From assembly GCA_963422205.2 (NCBI GenBank), contig CAXMWX010000001.1, forward strand, positions 1-64,000: a stretch of 64,000 nt of DNA, given 5' to 3'. The stretch is from Gammaproteobacteria bacterium (GTDB lineage: Bacteria > Pseudomonadota > Gammaproteobacteria > Eutrophobiales > Eutrophobiaceae). Position numbers and translations under genes: made by a program. Below, piece after piece: positions 33,461-43,345 of this stretch. The notes beneath the pieces were generated by a model. It was given only the letters and a program-made list of their open reading frames with translations. It did no database searches and was not told where the DNA came from. The number at the start of each line of letters is the position of its first letter. Positions within the stretch are counted from its first letter, which is position 1.

Positions 33461-36118
33461 CTATGCTGTCACCGGGTTGGGTTTGTCTGGATCGATGCCG
33501 TATTGTTTGATCGCCCTGGTAACAACGCGGCGCTCAATATCACCCGCATCGGCCAGGGCGGTCAGGGCGGCCACAGCGATGTAGAAGCGGTTGACCTCAA
33601 AGAAACGGCGCAACTGCTCGCGCGTATCGCTGCGCCCGAAGCCATCCGTGCCCAGCACACGGTATGGCCGGGGCGCATACTCTCTGATCTGATCGGCATG
33701 GATCTTCATGTAATCGCTTGCCGCGATGATCGGGCCGCGGCGCTTCTCCAGACACCTGGCGAAGTAGCTCTTTTTTGGGGGCGCTTCGGGATGCAGCATA
33801 TTCCAGCGAGAGCAATCCAGGCCATCGCGGCGCAATTCGTTAAAGCTGGTGACGCTCCAGATATCGGCATCCACCGAGAAATCCTGCTGCAACAGATCAG
33901 CGGCGGCGATCACTTCCCGCAGAATGGCACCAGAGCCCAGCAGTTGTACCCGCAGTTTCTTACGCCCGCCCTGACGCAACAGGTACATGCCTTTTTTAAT
34001 GCCCTCCTCACACCCATCGGGCATGGCCGGGTGTTCATAATTTTCATTCATCACCGTGATGTAGTAATAAATATCCTCGTTGCGGTCGTACATGCGATGC
34101 AGACCGTCATGGATGATCACGGCCAGCTCATAGGCATACGTCGGATCATAGGAGATGCAGTTAGGGATGGTGGAGGCCAGCACATGGCTGTGGCCATCCT
34201 GGTGTTGCAGGCCCTCGCCAGCCAGGGTCGTCCGCCCAGCGGTGCCGCCGAGTAAAAAACCGCGCGAGCGCATGTCGCCCGCCGCCCAGGCCAGATCGCC
34301 CACGCGCTGAAAGCCAAACATGGAATAGTAGATGTAGAACGGGATCATCTGCACGCCGTGGTATTTATAGGCGGTGGCCGCCGCTATCCAGGAGGAGAAC
34401 GCCCCGGCCTCATTGATGCCCTCTTCCAGTATCTGGCCTTGTTTATCCTCACGGTAATACATGACTTGATCATGATCGACCGGCTCATACAGCTGCCCGA
34501 CTGAGGAGTAAATACCCAACTGCCGGAACATGCCTTCCATGCCGAAGGTGCGCGCCTCATCCGGCACGATAGGTACGATATACTGACCTATGGTCTTGTC
34601 CTTGCTCAAGGCGTTGAGGATACGCACGAAGGCCATGGTCGTTGAGATGGCGCGCTCGCCGGTACCGGCCAGGAGTTTCTCGTGCAGGTTGATGTCGGGC
34701 GAGGTGTGTTTTTCCGCCTGTGGCCACTTGTGCAGCAAAAAGCCGCCGAGCTCCTCTCGGCGCTGGCGCATATAGGTGAGTTCCGGGCTATCCTGTGGCG
34801 GCTTGTAGAAGGGGGCGGCGGCGATCTCCTCATCGGCGATGGGAATGTTGAAGCGATCGCGAAACGCCCGCAGCGCCTCATCCCCCATCTTCTTTTGCTG
34901 ATGGGTGATGTTCTGGCCCTCGCCGGCCTCACCCATGCCATAGCCCTTCACCGTCTTCGCCAGGATGACTGTCGGCTGGCCGGTGTGCCGCACGGCGGCA
35001 TGATAGGCAGCATAGACCTTATGCGGATCATGGCCGCCACGATTCAAACGCCAGATGTCCTCATCGGACATATTGGCCACCAGCGCCTTGAGCGGCGGAT
35101 ACTTGCCGAAAAAATGCTCGCGCACATACGCCCCATCGTTTGCCTTGTAGGCTTGATACTCGCCGTCTACGGTCTCCTCCATGAGGTGTTGCAGCCTGCC
35201 ATCCCGATCGCGTGCGATCAGCGGGTCCCAGTACGATCCCCAGATGACCTTGATGACATTCCAGCCCGCCCCGCGAAAATCTGCCTCCAGCTCCTGGATG
35301 ATCTTGCCGTTGCCACGTACCGGCCCGTCCAGACGTTGCAGATTGCAGTTAATCACGAAGATAAGGTTATCCAGTTTTTCCCGGGCGGCGAGACCAATAG
35401 CGCCCAGGGATTCCGGCTCATCCATTTCCCCATCGCCCATGAAGGCCCAGATCTTGCGGTCGCTGGCCGGGATCATCCCGCGGTGTTGCAGGTAGCGCAT
35501 GAAACGCGCCTGGTAGATCGCCATCAACGGCCCCAGCCCCATGGACACGGTGGGGAATTGCCAGAAGTCCGGCATCAGCCACGGGTGCGGGTACGATGAC
35601 AGGCCGCCAGCATCGACTTCCTGGCGGAAGCGGGTGAGCTGGTCTTCGGTAATCTGCCCGTACAAATAGGCGCGCGCATAAATGCCGGGCGCTGAATGTC
35701 CCTGAATAAACACCAGATCGCCGCCATGCTCTTCCGTTGCGGCACGAAAGAAATGGTTAAAGCCGACATCGTATAACGTGGCTGAGGAGGCGAAGCTGGC
35801 GATATGCCCGCCAAGCTCGGCGCTGTAGCGGTTGGCCTTCACCACGGTGGCCAGGGCATTCCAGCGTACCAGGCTGCGGATGCGCCATTCCATGCCGGGA
35901 TCACCGGGCGATGGCGCTTCCCGCGAGGGCGGGATGGTGTTCAGATAAGCGGTGTTGGCCGAGTACGGCAGGTAGGCGCCGGATTTTCTGGCCTTGGCGA
36001 TGAGTTGCTCAAGCAGATAATGTGCGCGCTCTGTACCGGCCTCTGCGATCACCGAATCCAGCGCCTCTATCCATTCCCGGGTCTCCAGTGGATCAATGTC
36101 GTGCCTGTTTTCAATCAT
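33461..36118 (-). CDS. aceE: Pyruvate dehydrogenase E1, homodimeric
   Basis: DPLETREW, GDGEMDEPE, LQRLDGPVRGN, GTDGFGRSD. Confidence 0.97.
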   Translation of the reverse strand: MIENRHDIDPLETREWIEALDSVIAEAGTERAHYLLEQLIAKARKSGAYLPYSANTAYLNTIPPSREAPSPGDPGMEWRIRSLVRWNALATVVKANRYSAELGGHIASFASSATLYDVGFNHFFRAATEEHGGDLVFIQGHSAPGIYARAYLYGQITEDQLTRFRQEVDAGGLSSYPHPWLMPDFWQFPTVSMGLGPLMAIYQARFMRYLQHRGMIPASDRKIWAFMGDGEMDEPESLGAIGLAAREKLDNLIFVINCNLQRLDGPVRGNGKIIQELEADFRGAGWNVIKVIWGSYWDPLIARDRDGRLQHLMEETVDGEYQAYKANDGAYVREHFFGKYPPLKALVANMSDEDIWRLNRGGHDPHKVYAAYHAAVRHTGQPTVILAKTVKGYGMGEAGEGQNITHQQKKMGDEALRAFRDRFNIPIADEEIAAAPFYKPPQDSPELTYMRQRREELGGFLLHKWPQAEKHTSPDINLHEKLLAGTGERAISTTMAFVRILNALSKDKTIGQYIVPIVPDEARTFGMEGMFRQLGIYSSVGQLYEPVDHDQVMYYREDKQGQILEEGINEAGAFSSWIAAATAYKYHGVQMIPFYIYYSMFGFQRVGDLAWAAGDMRSRGFLLGGTAGRTTLAGEGLQHQDGHSHVLASTIPNCISYDPTYAYELAVIIHDGLHRMYDRNEDIYYYITVMNENYEHPAMPDGCEEGIKKGMYLLRQGGRKKLRVQLLGSGAILREVIAAADLLQQDFSVDADIWSVTSFNELRRDGLDCSRWNMLHPEAPPKKSYFARCLEKRRGPIIAASDYMKIHADQIREYAPRPYRVLGTDGFGRSDTREQLRRFFEVNRFYIAVAALTALADAGDIERRVVTRAIKQYGIDPDKPNPVTA

Positions 36119-36367
36119 TCTACGTAACCCATCGTACCCTGCTGTTGTGATAGTATGGTAGCTTGGATACCGCCCCGATTTTGCAAGTGACTTTTAGCTT
36201 CATCTCATCCTGCGTATGCGTACAGGCTGCGTATGCGTGCAGACGGGCTTGCTGAAGGTAGTGGCTATTATATTGTGTTAGACAGTATAACGGCAATGCG
36301 CCCTGATCGCTGTATGATTTGCTTTTATTTAAGATGACAATTCTATGACTACCCACCATGATGACCA

Positions 36368-37870
36368 ATGATGACGTTCAATTTTAATTTCACGGTCAAG
36401 CAACACCCGCGGGCAGCACGCCAATCTGACTATGATAAGCACCCAGCCTGGATTGTACTCTATGCCAGCACAATGACGGCCAGGCAGCTAAAACGCCATG
36501 CCTGTCTGCCATTACTGGTCAAACGGCGGAAAAAACGCCTGCCCGCCGCCACCGATAGCGAGCCCTGCACAGCCGAGTTGCCGAATGCCCGTGCCAGCCA
36601 CATCGCCTATGCGTGTATTGATGAGGCGATGAGTGCCTTTGAGCGCTTGACGCTGGCCAGGAAACTGGTGGCTGTACACAGCAAACGCCAGGCACGGCAG
36701 ATCGCTGTTGTTATCGCTGGCTTTGACAAGTCACAGCAAGCCAGGCTCGCCGAGGCCGTGGTCGCTGCGGCGGCTGCGGCGGCCGTCAGCTTACCGAGTT
36801 TCAAGCAAAAGCAACCGCCTGCCGGCGCCCAGAGGCTGCACCTGTTCGGCCTAAAGCAAACGCTCGATCTCAAACAGACCCTGGCCGAGGCTGAGGGCAA
36901 TGCACTGGCGCGCACGCTGAGTGTTCTGCCAGCCAATAAACTGACCCCCGGCCGTTATCTGAAGATCATTAACCAGCTGGCAAAAGCCAACCGCTGGCGG
37001 CTTACGTTTTATGATCAAAAGACCTTAAAGCGGAAAAAAGCCGGGGCATTTCTGGCGGTGGTGCAGGGCAGTGCGGCGGCAGATGCCGGGATCGTGCGCC
37101 TTCGGTACGTGCCGCAAAAAAAGCCTGCCAAAACCCTGGCACTGGTGGGCAAGGGGCTGTGTTACGACACCGGGGGTACGAACCTGAAGCCGGCCAAATC
37201 CATGTACGGTATGCATGAGGATATGCAGGGCAGTGCGGTTGCCTTGGGGACGCTGCTGGCACTTGGTCGGCTGGGGCCGGACTATGCGATCGAGTGCTGG
37301 CTGGCGCTGGCGATGAATCATATCGGCCCCAAAGCCTACAAGCCGAATGATGTGGTTACCGCAAGCGATGGTACCAGCATAGAGGTGGTGCATACCGATG
37401 CCGAAGGGCGCATGGTGCTGGCCGATACGCTGGCGCTGTTATCAGCACACAAGCCGGATATGATCATCGATTTTGCCACCTTGACCGGCACCTGTATGCA
37501 GGCGCTGGGCACGGCCTACAGCGGGGTGTTCAGTAACCGGCCGGCCCTGTACCCGCAACTGATTGCCACGGGTGTTAAATGCGGCGAGCGCATCTGGCCT
37601 TTTCCGCTGGATGAGGATTATGATGCGGCGCTGGAAAGCCAGATTGCCGACATCAGGCAATGCGCCCTGGAAGGCGATGCGGATCACATTCTCGCCGCCC
37701 GCTTTTTGCAGCGGTTTGTCAAACATGACATCCCCTGGGTGCATATCGATCTGGCTGCCAGCCATCATGTCGGCGGGCTGGCGCATATCGCTACCGACAC
37801 CACTGGCTTTGGCGTGCGCTATACCGTGTCTATGATGCAGACCCAGCGGCTGGACAAGCTATCGCTATGA
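36368..37870 (+). CDS. Leucyl aminopeptidase family (M17)
   Basis: VGKGLCYDTGG, LKP, EDM, TDAEGR, ATLTG metal-ligand motifs. Confidence 0.88.
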   Translation: MMTFNFNFTVKQHPRAARQSDYDKHPAWIVLYASTMTARQLKRHACLPLLVKRRKKRLPAATDSEPCTAELPNARASHIAYACIDEAMSAFERLTLARKLVAVHSKRQARQIAVVIAGFDKSQQARLAEAVVAAAAAAAVSLPSFKQKQPPAGAQRLHLFGLKQTLDLKQTLAEAEGNALARTLSVLPANKLTPGRYLKIINQLAKANRWRLTFYDQKTLKRKKAGAFLAVVQGSAAADAGIVRLRYVPQKKPAKTLALVGKGLCYDTGGTNLKPAKSMYGMHEDMQGSAVALGTLLALGRLGPDYAIECWLALAMNHIGPKAYKPNDVVTASDGTSIEVVHTDAEGRMVLADTLALLSAHKPDMIIDFATLTGTCMQALGTAYSGVFSNRPALYPQLIATGVKCGERIWPFPLDEDYDAALESQIADIRQCALEGDADHILAARFLQRFVKHDIPWVHIDLAASHHVGGLAHIATDTTGFGVRYTVSMMQTQRLDKLSL

Positions 37871-37934
37871 TAAGCGGGCGTGATGATATCAGGGACGCCT
37901 GTTGCCGCCTGCTGTGTCAATTTAACTCGGGAAG

Positions 37935-38213
37935 CTACTGGCTGAACAATTTCCAGAACATGGCCAGAGTGAACGCCAGGTTGAACCCTATCATCCACTT
38001 CATCAGACGTTGCTCGGCTGTCAGTTCCTGGGTTCTGGCATCAATCTTTACTTCCAGTTTAATCAGGTCTGCCTTCGTAGCTGCCTGGTTATCCAATGCT
38101 TCGGAAAGCGCATCTTTCTGCGCTTCAACTATAGCCTCTGCCTGTTTCTCTGCTACGCCGGCATCTTTAAGACGCCGGACAAATTCCAGGGTGTCAAAAG
38201 TTACTGTGCCCAT
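37935..38213 (-). CDS. DUF1640/CCDC90-like small coiled-coil protein with C-terminal membrane helix
   Basis: FDTLEFVRRLKDAG..EKQAEA, ATKADL, KWMIG plus hydrophobic tail. Confidence 0.75.
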   Translation of the reverse strand: MGTVTFDTLEFVRRLKDAGVAEKQAEAIVEAQKDALSEALDNQAATKADLIKLEVKIDARTQELTAEQRLMKWMIGFNLAFTLAMFWKLFSQ

Positions 38214-38362
38214 GGTTTTACTGCCCTGGTTTCATGTTGTCGGTGCCAAATACAGGTAATCGTATAGACAATCAGTATAGATAATCGACATCCCGATGGC
38301 TATAGTTGTCCATAGCATATCAACGGCAGAGAATGTGTGTGCTGCCTGTGCTGTCGAATCGC

Positions 38363-38650
38363 CTAGTTGATCGCATCGATCACCGTACCATCATGCTCAA
38401 CGGTGGGCGTGAGTTGAGGCACGATAAAACCCGTATCTGCGGTTCGCCTGTGCTTATCTCCCGGTACCTTGCCGGGCTGAACGCTCAAGTACAGGCGTTC
38501 AACATTCTCCGCCAGTTCCAGCAATATCTGCTCCCTCATGGCATCTTCCAAGGCGATATCCTGCTCATCGGCGGCAAGCGGGTTGCCATGCAGCACGACA
38601 AAACCGACCACCATCAAGCCGAAGAGGTTTTGCAGAGTGGCTGTCTTCAT
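38363..38650 (-). CDS. Small putative exported protein
   Basis: Strong RBS (GGAGGAG) before ATG; signal-peptide-like N-terminus ending PLA-A. Confidence 0.6.
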   Translation of the reverse strand: MKTATLQNLFGLMVVGFVVLHGNPLAADEQDIALEDAMREQILLELAENVERLYLSVQPGKVPGDKHRRTADTGFIVPQLTPTVEHDGTVIDAIN

Positions 38651-39337
38651 GGTGATTCTCCTCCGAATGTGTCAGTGATCTGGCTGACAATATAAAAATG
38701 AAATATTGAGAAACCATGACAAAATGTTTAAGAATTAAGGATTTATCTGAGAATCTTTACCCGATGTTGCGCCTGTCGATGGTGGTTAGCTCAGATAAAC
38801 CCATTAAAAATTGTCAGTTATCTCACTAAAAAAACAGCTGAATTTTTAATGCACGTCATCTGCCAGGGCCTCTGCATTGCAGTCGGCTGCCACGGACTTT
38901 ACCCAATCGGCGATGCTGTCCAACGGCACAGCATCGGTGTCATGCAAGCATCAACTCGGCCTCTTCGGCGTTGAATTCCTGGTATAAATTGCCCGGCCAT
39001 ATCAGCAAGGGTGGTACGATAAAGGCTCTGCTTGTGGATCAGGCTGTCAGCGGCGTTGATCAGAAGTGCCTGCTGGCCACTGCTGCTTGGCATCATCGCT
39101 ATCAAACAGTCAGTGACATAGTTCAATCAACATAGGGATACACCGGCATATATCAAGCCCCTGCCGCATTATTTTCAGTTACGTGCTCAAGGCGATCAGT
39201 ACTGGCAGGATAACCGCCGCATTTCCCGATGAGTTAAGCCCGTGTTTGCCCGTTCGGATTCTGCGTGATGTATCACACAGCAATCCCTGGCTCTCCGGCA
39301 AGACATGAACTCCGCCCGCCCGCAGTTCATGCGGTGT

Positions 39338-39691
39338 TCATTGTAACCACAGGCCGAGCAGTGCCAGCAGTATGACCAGGGCGAGCACAAACAGTAGATT
39401 GATTCTCTGCATGGAGCGCTTCTGGGCGCTGGCGAGCAATTCATTTTGTCGGGCTAATTGCTCAATCAGCCGGGTTTGCTCCATATTCGCCGCATCGTTC
39501 TCATCCAGGCGGGCGGTGATATCGTTCACGGCCGTCTGCAACTGCTCTATGGTTGCCGGTTTTTCCGTATCATCAGCACCGCCGGACTGGCGTTGCCTGA
39601 GCAGGTGCATCAGCTTGCCAGCGGCCTGTATGATCACCGGGGCGGAGTTCAGGATGGTATTGATGGTTACCGGGTTCATGATTGTTTGCAC
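39338..39691 (-). CDS. Hypothetical coiled-coil protein with C-terminal TM helix
   Basis: Heptad-like Q/E/L segment then LLFVLALVILLALLGLW. Confidence 0.6.
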   Translation of the reverse strand: MQTIMNPVTINTILNSAPVIIQAAGKLMHLLRQRQSGGADDTEKPATIEQLQTAVNDITARLDENDAANMEQTRLIEQLARQNELLASAQKRSMQRINLLFVLALVILLALLGLWLQ

Positions 39692-39953
39692 TCATCGGCT
39701 TGTCGCCAGCATATACCGACAGCCTAGCCGAACCATCAGCCGGCCTGCAAGCGGCGCCCGCGAAGTTTTCACGTTAAAATTTTCAGGGCGCCCGGTGCTG
39801 CCCGGATCGTCCAGGGATTGTCATTGCTGTCAAGGAAACTACAATACGCTGCTCATTAAACGTGACGCCTAAAACATCACGCAATGGGATGCAGACGGGC
39901 GGTTGAATTTTCACAGGACACAGATGTCAATAGCTAGGCGAGGACTCAAACAC

Positions 39954-40916
39954 ATGGCGATACAAACGGAAATCCAGCGGCTGAAGGACTACATCGCCGC
40001 CCATATCATCGGCCAGGAGAAGCTGGTAGACCGGCTGTTGATCGCGCTGCTTGCCGATGGGCATCTGCTGGTGGAAGGGGCGCCCGGGCTGGCCAAGACC
40101 CGCGCAATCAAGGTGCTCGCCGAGGGCATTGAGGCCGATTTTCACCGCGTACAGTTCACCCCTGATCTGCTGCCCGCTGATCTGACCGGCACGGAGATTT
40201 ACCGACCACAGGCCGGCGATTTCCATTTTCAACAAGGCCCGCTGTTTCATAACCTGATCCTGGCCGATGAGGTCAACCGGGCGCCAGCAAAAGTCCAGTC
40301 CGCCCTGCTGGAGGCAATGGCCGAGCGGCAGATCACTGTCGGCAAGGAGACTTATTCCCTGCCCCGGCTGTATCTGGTGATGGCCACGCAAAATCCCATC
40401 GAACAGGAAGGGACATATCCGCTGCCGGAGGCGCAGTTAGACCGGTTTTTATTGCACATACAGATTGATTATCCAGAGGCAAAGGCCGAGCAGGCCATAT
40501 TGCAACTGGCCAGAGAAGAGGCGCACCAGCAGCAACCTGAGACTGACTTCTCCCTTATCATGCAGGCAGCAATCTTTGCAGCCCGCGAGGCGGTGCTGGA
40601 TGTCTATATGGCGGAGAACCTTGAGCAGTACCTGATTCAACTGATACTGGCCAGCCGCCGCCCGGCCGCCTACGGCGATGATCTGGCAAAATGGGTGCAG
40701 TATGGTGCCAGCCCGCGTGCCACCATCGCTCTCGATCGCTGCGCCCGGGCGCATGCCTGGATACACGCCAGAGACTTTGTCAGCCCGGACGATATTCAGG
40801 CCATCGCCGCAGACGTGCTGCGCCATCGGCTGATACTCAATTACGAGGCAGAGGCAAACGGCATCAGCACCGACCAGGTGGTGCAGGAACTGATCGCCAG
40901 AATTGCCGTACCTTAA
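39954..40916 (+). CDS. moxR: MoxR-family AAA+ ATPase
   Basis: GAPGLAKT, QFTPDLLPAD, DEVNRA, ATQNPIEQEGTYPLPEAQLDRF. Confidence 0.93.
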   Translation: MAIQTEIQRLKDYIAAHIIGQEKLVDRLLIALLADGHLLVEGAPGLAKTRAIKVLAEGIEADFHRVQFTPDLLPADLTGTEIYRPQAGDFHFQQGPLFHNLILADEVNRAPAKVQSALLEAMAERQITVGKETYSLPRLYLVMATQNPIEQEGTYPLPEAQLDRFLLHIQIDYPEAKAEQAILQLAREEAHQQQPETDFSLIMQAAIFAAREAVLDVYMAENLEQYLIQLILASRRPAAYGDDLAKWVQYGASPRATIALDRCARAHAWIHARDFVSPDDIQAIAADVLRHRLILNYEAEANGISTDQVVQELIARIAVP

Positions 40917-40918
40917 AG

Positions 40919-41845
40919 ATGCCGACACAGCAAAACCCCGCCGTTGACGTGTCGGTGTCAGAGCTGGTGCAACTGCATCGCCAGGCGGCGCGCATTTGCC
41001 TGCAAAGCCAGCGGATAAAGGCACGGCAAAGCGGCGAGTATCGCTCCGGTTTCAAGGGCCGGGGCATGGAGTTTGACGAATCACGGCCCTACCAGCCCGG
41101 CGATGATATACGCAATATCGACTGGCGCGTCACCGCCCGCACTGGCAGACCCCACACCAAGCTGTTTCGCGAGGAGCGCGAGCGGCCGGTTTTTATCTGG
41201 CTGGATTTGCGCCAGACGATGTTTTTTGCCACCCGCGGGCGGTTTAAATCGGTGCTAGCCGCCCAACTGGCGGGGATGCTGGCCTGGAGTGCATTACAGC
41301 ACGGCGATCGTATCGGCGGGCTGATCTTTGCAGATGCCGAGCATCATGAAGTCAAACCGGGCCGCGGCAAGGCGGCGGTACTGCGGCTGCTGAACCAGAT
41401 TGCCCGCCAGCATCAGCAGCACAACGCCACCCGCAAGACCAATACCCCTGACTCGCTCGCCCATGCCCTGCGGCGTTTGCGGCGTGTTGCCCGGCCCGGC
41501 AGCCTGCTCTTTTTGCTGAGTGATTTCAGAGGGCTAACGAAGGCCGCCGAGCTGCAACTCAATCGATTAGGCAAACATAACGAGGTGACCCTGTTGTTCA
41601 TCCACGACCAACTGGAAGTCGCCCTGCCACCCGCCGGGCTGTATAAAGTGACCAACGGCCGAGAGGACTGTCTGCTGGACACGCACGACCGCGCCCTGGT
41701 TGATGCCTATCAACACCACTGCCAGCAGCGTCTTGAACAACTGCAATCACTGGCAAAGCATAACCGTATGCGCCTGTTAAGCTGCCAGACCAGTGCCGCG
41801 CCATTGACGCTGCTCGCCACCGGGCTGGGCCAGGCCATGAGCTAA
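40919..41845 (+). CDS. DUF58 protein
   Basis: GRGMEFDESRPYQPGDDIRNIDWRVTAR. Confidence 0.9.
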   Translation: MPTQQNPAVDVSVSELVQLHRQAARICLQSQRIKARQSGEYRSGFKGRGMEFDESRPYQPGDDIRNIDWRVTARTGRPHTKLFREERERPVFIWLDLRQTMFFATRGRFKSVLAAQLAGMLAWSALQHGDRIGGLIFADAEHHEVKPGRGKAAVLRLLNQIARQHQQHNATRKTNTPDSLAHALRRLRRVARPGSLLFLLSDFRGLTKAAELQLNRLGKHNEVTLLFIHDQLEVALPPAGLYKVTNGREDCLLDTHDRALVDAYQHHCQQRLEQLQSLAKHNRMRLLSCQTSAAPLTLLATGLGQAMS

Positions 41846-41848
41846 GCC

Positions 41849-42343
41849 ATGCCCAATCCACAAACCCTGCCACTGCGAGACATTCATCTGCCGCCGGCCC
41901 CGGGCTGGTGGCCGCCTGCGCTCGGCTGGTGGTGCGTGCTTGGCCTGTTGGTGCTGATGGTGGCGGGATGGGTACTCTGGCAGCGGCACAAGGGGCGTGT
42001 ACGCCGCTCTGCCATCACCCTGGCACGGCAGGAGTTGCTCGCCATACAGGCACACTACACCCGAGAGCAGGATGCTAAATCCGCCATACAGGCGGCCTCC
42101 GTCCTGGTGCGCCGACTCTCCATCAGCCTGTTTCCGCACCACAACAGCGCCGGCCTTATCGGTAACGACTGGCTGGATTTCCTCGATAGCCAGGTGGGGC
42201 AGCGCATCTTCTGCGCCCGTGCTGGCCGCCTTATGCTGGAGGCACCTTACAGACGGGTTGTGCAGCCGGCCGAGGCACAATCTCTGTTGTTGCTCTGCGG
42301 GCAATGGCTGGAAGCTGCGGCACGTGTGCCGCAGGCACGGTAA
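41849..42343 (+). CDS. DUF4381 membrane protein
   Basis: LRDIHLP...WWPPALGWW; operon position. Confidence 0.85.
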   Translation: MPNPQTLPLRDIHLPPAPGWWPPALGWWCVLGLLVLMVAGWVLWQRHKGRVRRSAITLARQELLAIQAHYTREQDAKSAIQAASVLVRRLSISLFPHHNSAGLIGNDWLDFLDSQVGQRIFCARAGRLMLEAPYRRVVQPAEAQSLLLLCGQWLEAAARVPQAR

Positions 42344-42346
42344 GTC

Positions 42347-43345
42347 ATGCTGCATTTTCAATGGCCGTGGCTGGTGGTGTTGCTGCCCTTGCCCTATGTG
42401 ATTTACCGCTACAGCCGACCGGCCGAGGCCAACATGCAGGCCGCCCTGCACGTGCCTTTTTTTGACGACTTCACGCGACCGGCAGCGGGCACGGGCAAAC
42501 GCATGACCCCGCACAATGCGTTGTGGCCGGGCCTTGTTATCTGGCTGCTGTTGCTGCTGGCGGCGATGCGGCCGCAATGGCTGGGCGATGTGATTGAGAT
42601 CCCCGTCAGTGGCCGTGAATTGATGTTGGCCGTGGATCTATCCGCCAGCATGGGGGAAGAGGACTTTGTGCTCAGCGGCGTTCGTGTCAGCCGGCTGGAG
42701 GCGGTAAAATTCGTGGCGGGCAGATTCATCGGGCGGCGGCTGGGCGATCAGCTTGGCTTGATACTGTACGGCGATCAGGCATATTTGCAGGCACCGCTTA
42801 CCTTTGACCGAGAGACGATTCACACCTTGCTGGATGAGTCTGAAATCGGCCTGGCAGGGCGTCGCACGGCCATAGGTGATGCCATTGGTCTGGCGGTCAA
42901 GCGCCTGCGCGAGCGGGATGAGAAAAATCGGGTGCTGATCCTGCTCACTGACGGGGCCAATACGGCCGGTGTGGTTGACCCGCTGGAGGCGGCTGAACTG
43001 GCCGCCCGGTATGGCCTGAAAATTTATACCATCGGCGTGGGCGCTGACAGGCTGGACGTTAAGGGGTTGTTCGGTCTTCGCCGGATTAACCCCTCGGCGG
43101 ATCTTGATGAGCAGGCATTGCAGGAAATCGCCCGCCTGACCGATGGCCGGTATTTTCGCGCCCGTGATCTGGATGAGCTGGAAGAAATTTACGCCCTGCT
43201 GGATGCCTTGGAGCCGGTGGAACAAGATGTCAAAAAATTCCGCCCCCGCAGCGCGCTGTATTACTGGCCCTTGAGCCTGGCGTTTATTCTGGCCGGGATC
43301 ATCAGCATGTATAAATTCCGCCCTGACAGGATGAGCATACAATGA
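42347..43345 (+). CDS. VWA-domain protein, BatA-like
   Basis: MIDAS DLSAS, TAIGDAIG, LLTDG. Confidence 0.9.
   Translation: MLHFQWPWLVVLLPLPYVIYRYSRPAEANMQAALHVPFFDDFTRPAAGTGKRMTPHNALWPGLVIWLLLLLAAMRPQWLGDVIEIPVSGRELMLAVDLSASMGEEDFVLSGVRVSRLEAVKFVAGRFIGRRLGDQLGLILYGDQAYLQAPLTFDRETIHTLLDESEIGLAGRRTAIGDAIGLAVKRLRERDEKNRVLILLTDGANTAGVVDPLEAAELAARYGLKIYTIGVGADRLDVKGLFGLRRINPSADLDEQALQEIARLTDGRYFRARDLDELEEIYALLDALEPVEQDVKKFRPRSALYYWPLSLAFILAGIISMYKFRPDRMSIQ

Noticed and set aside
32138-36118. aceE-aceF without adjacent lpdA
   Set aside because: lpdA is often encoded elsewhere; not informative within one window.
38899-39444. Short ORFs 38899-39126 and 39196-39444
   Set aside because: No RBS or recognisable motif, and the second overlaps a better ORF.
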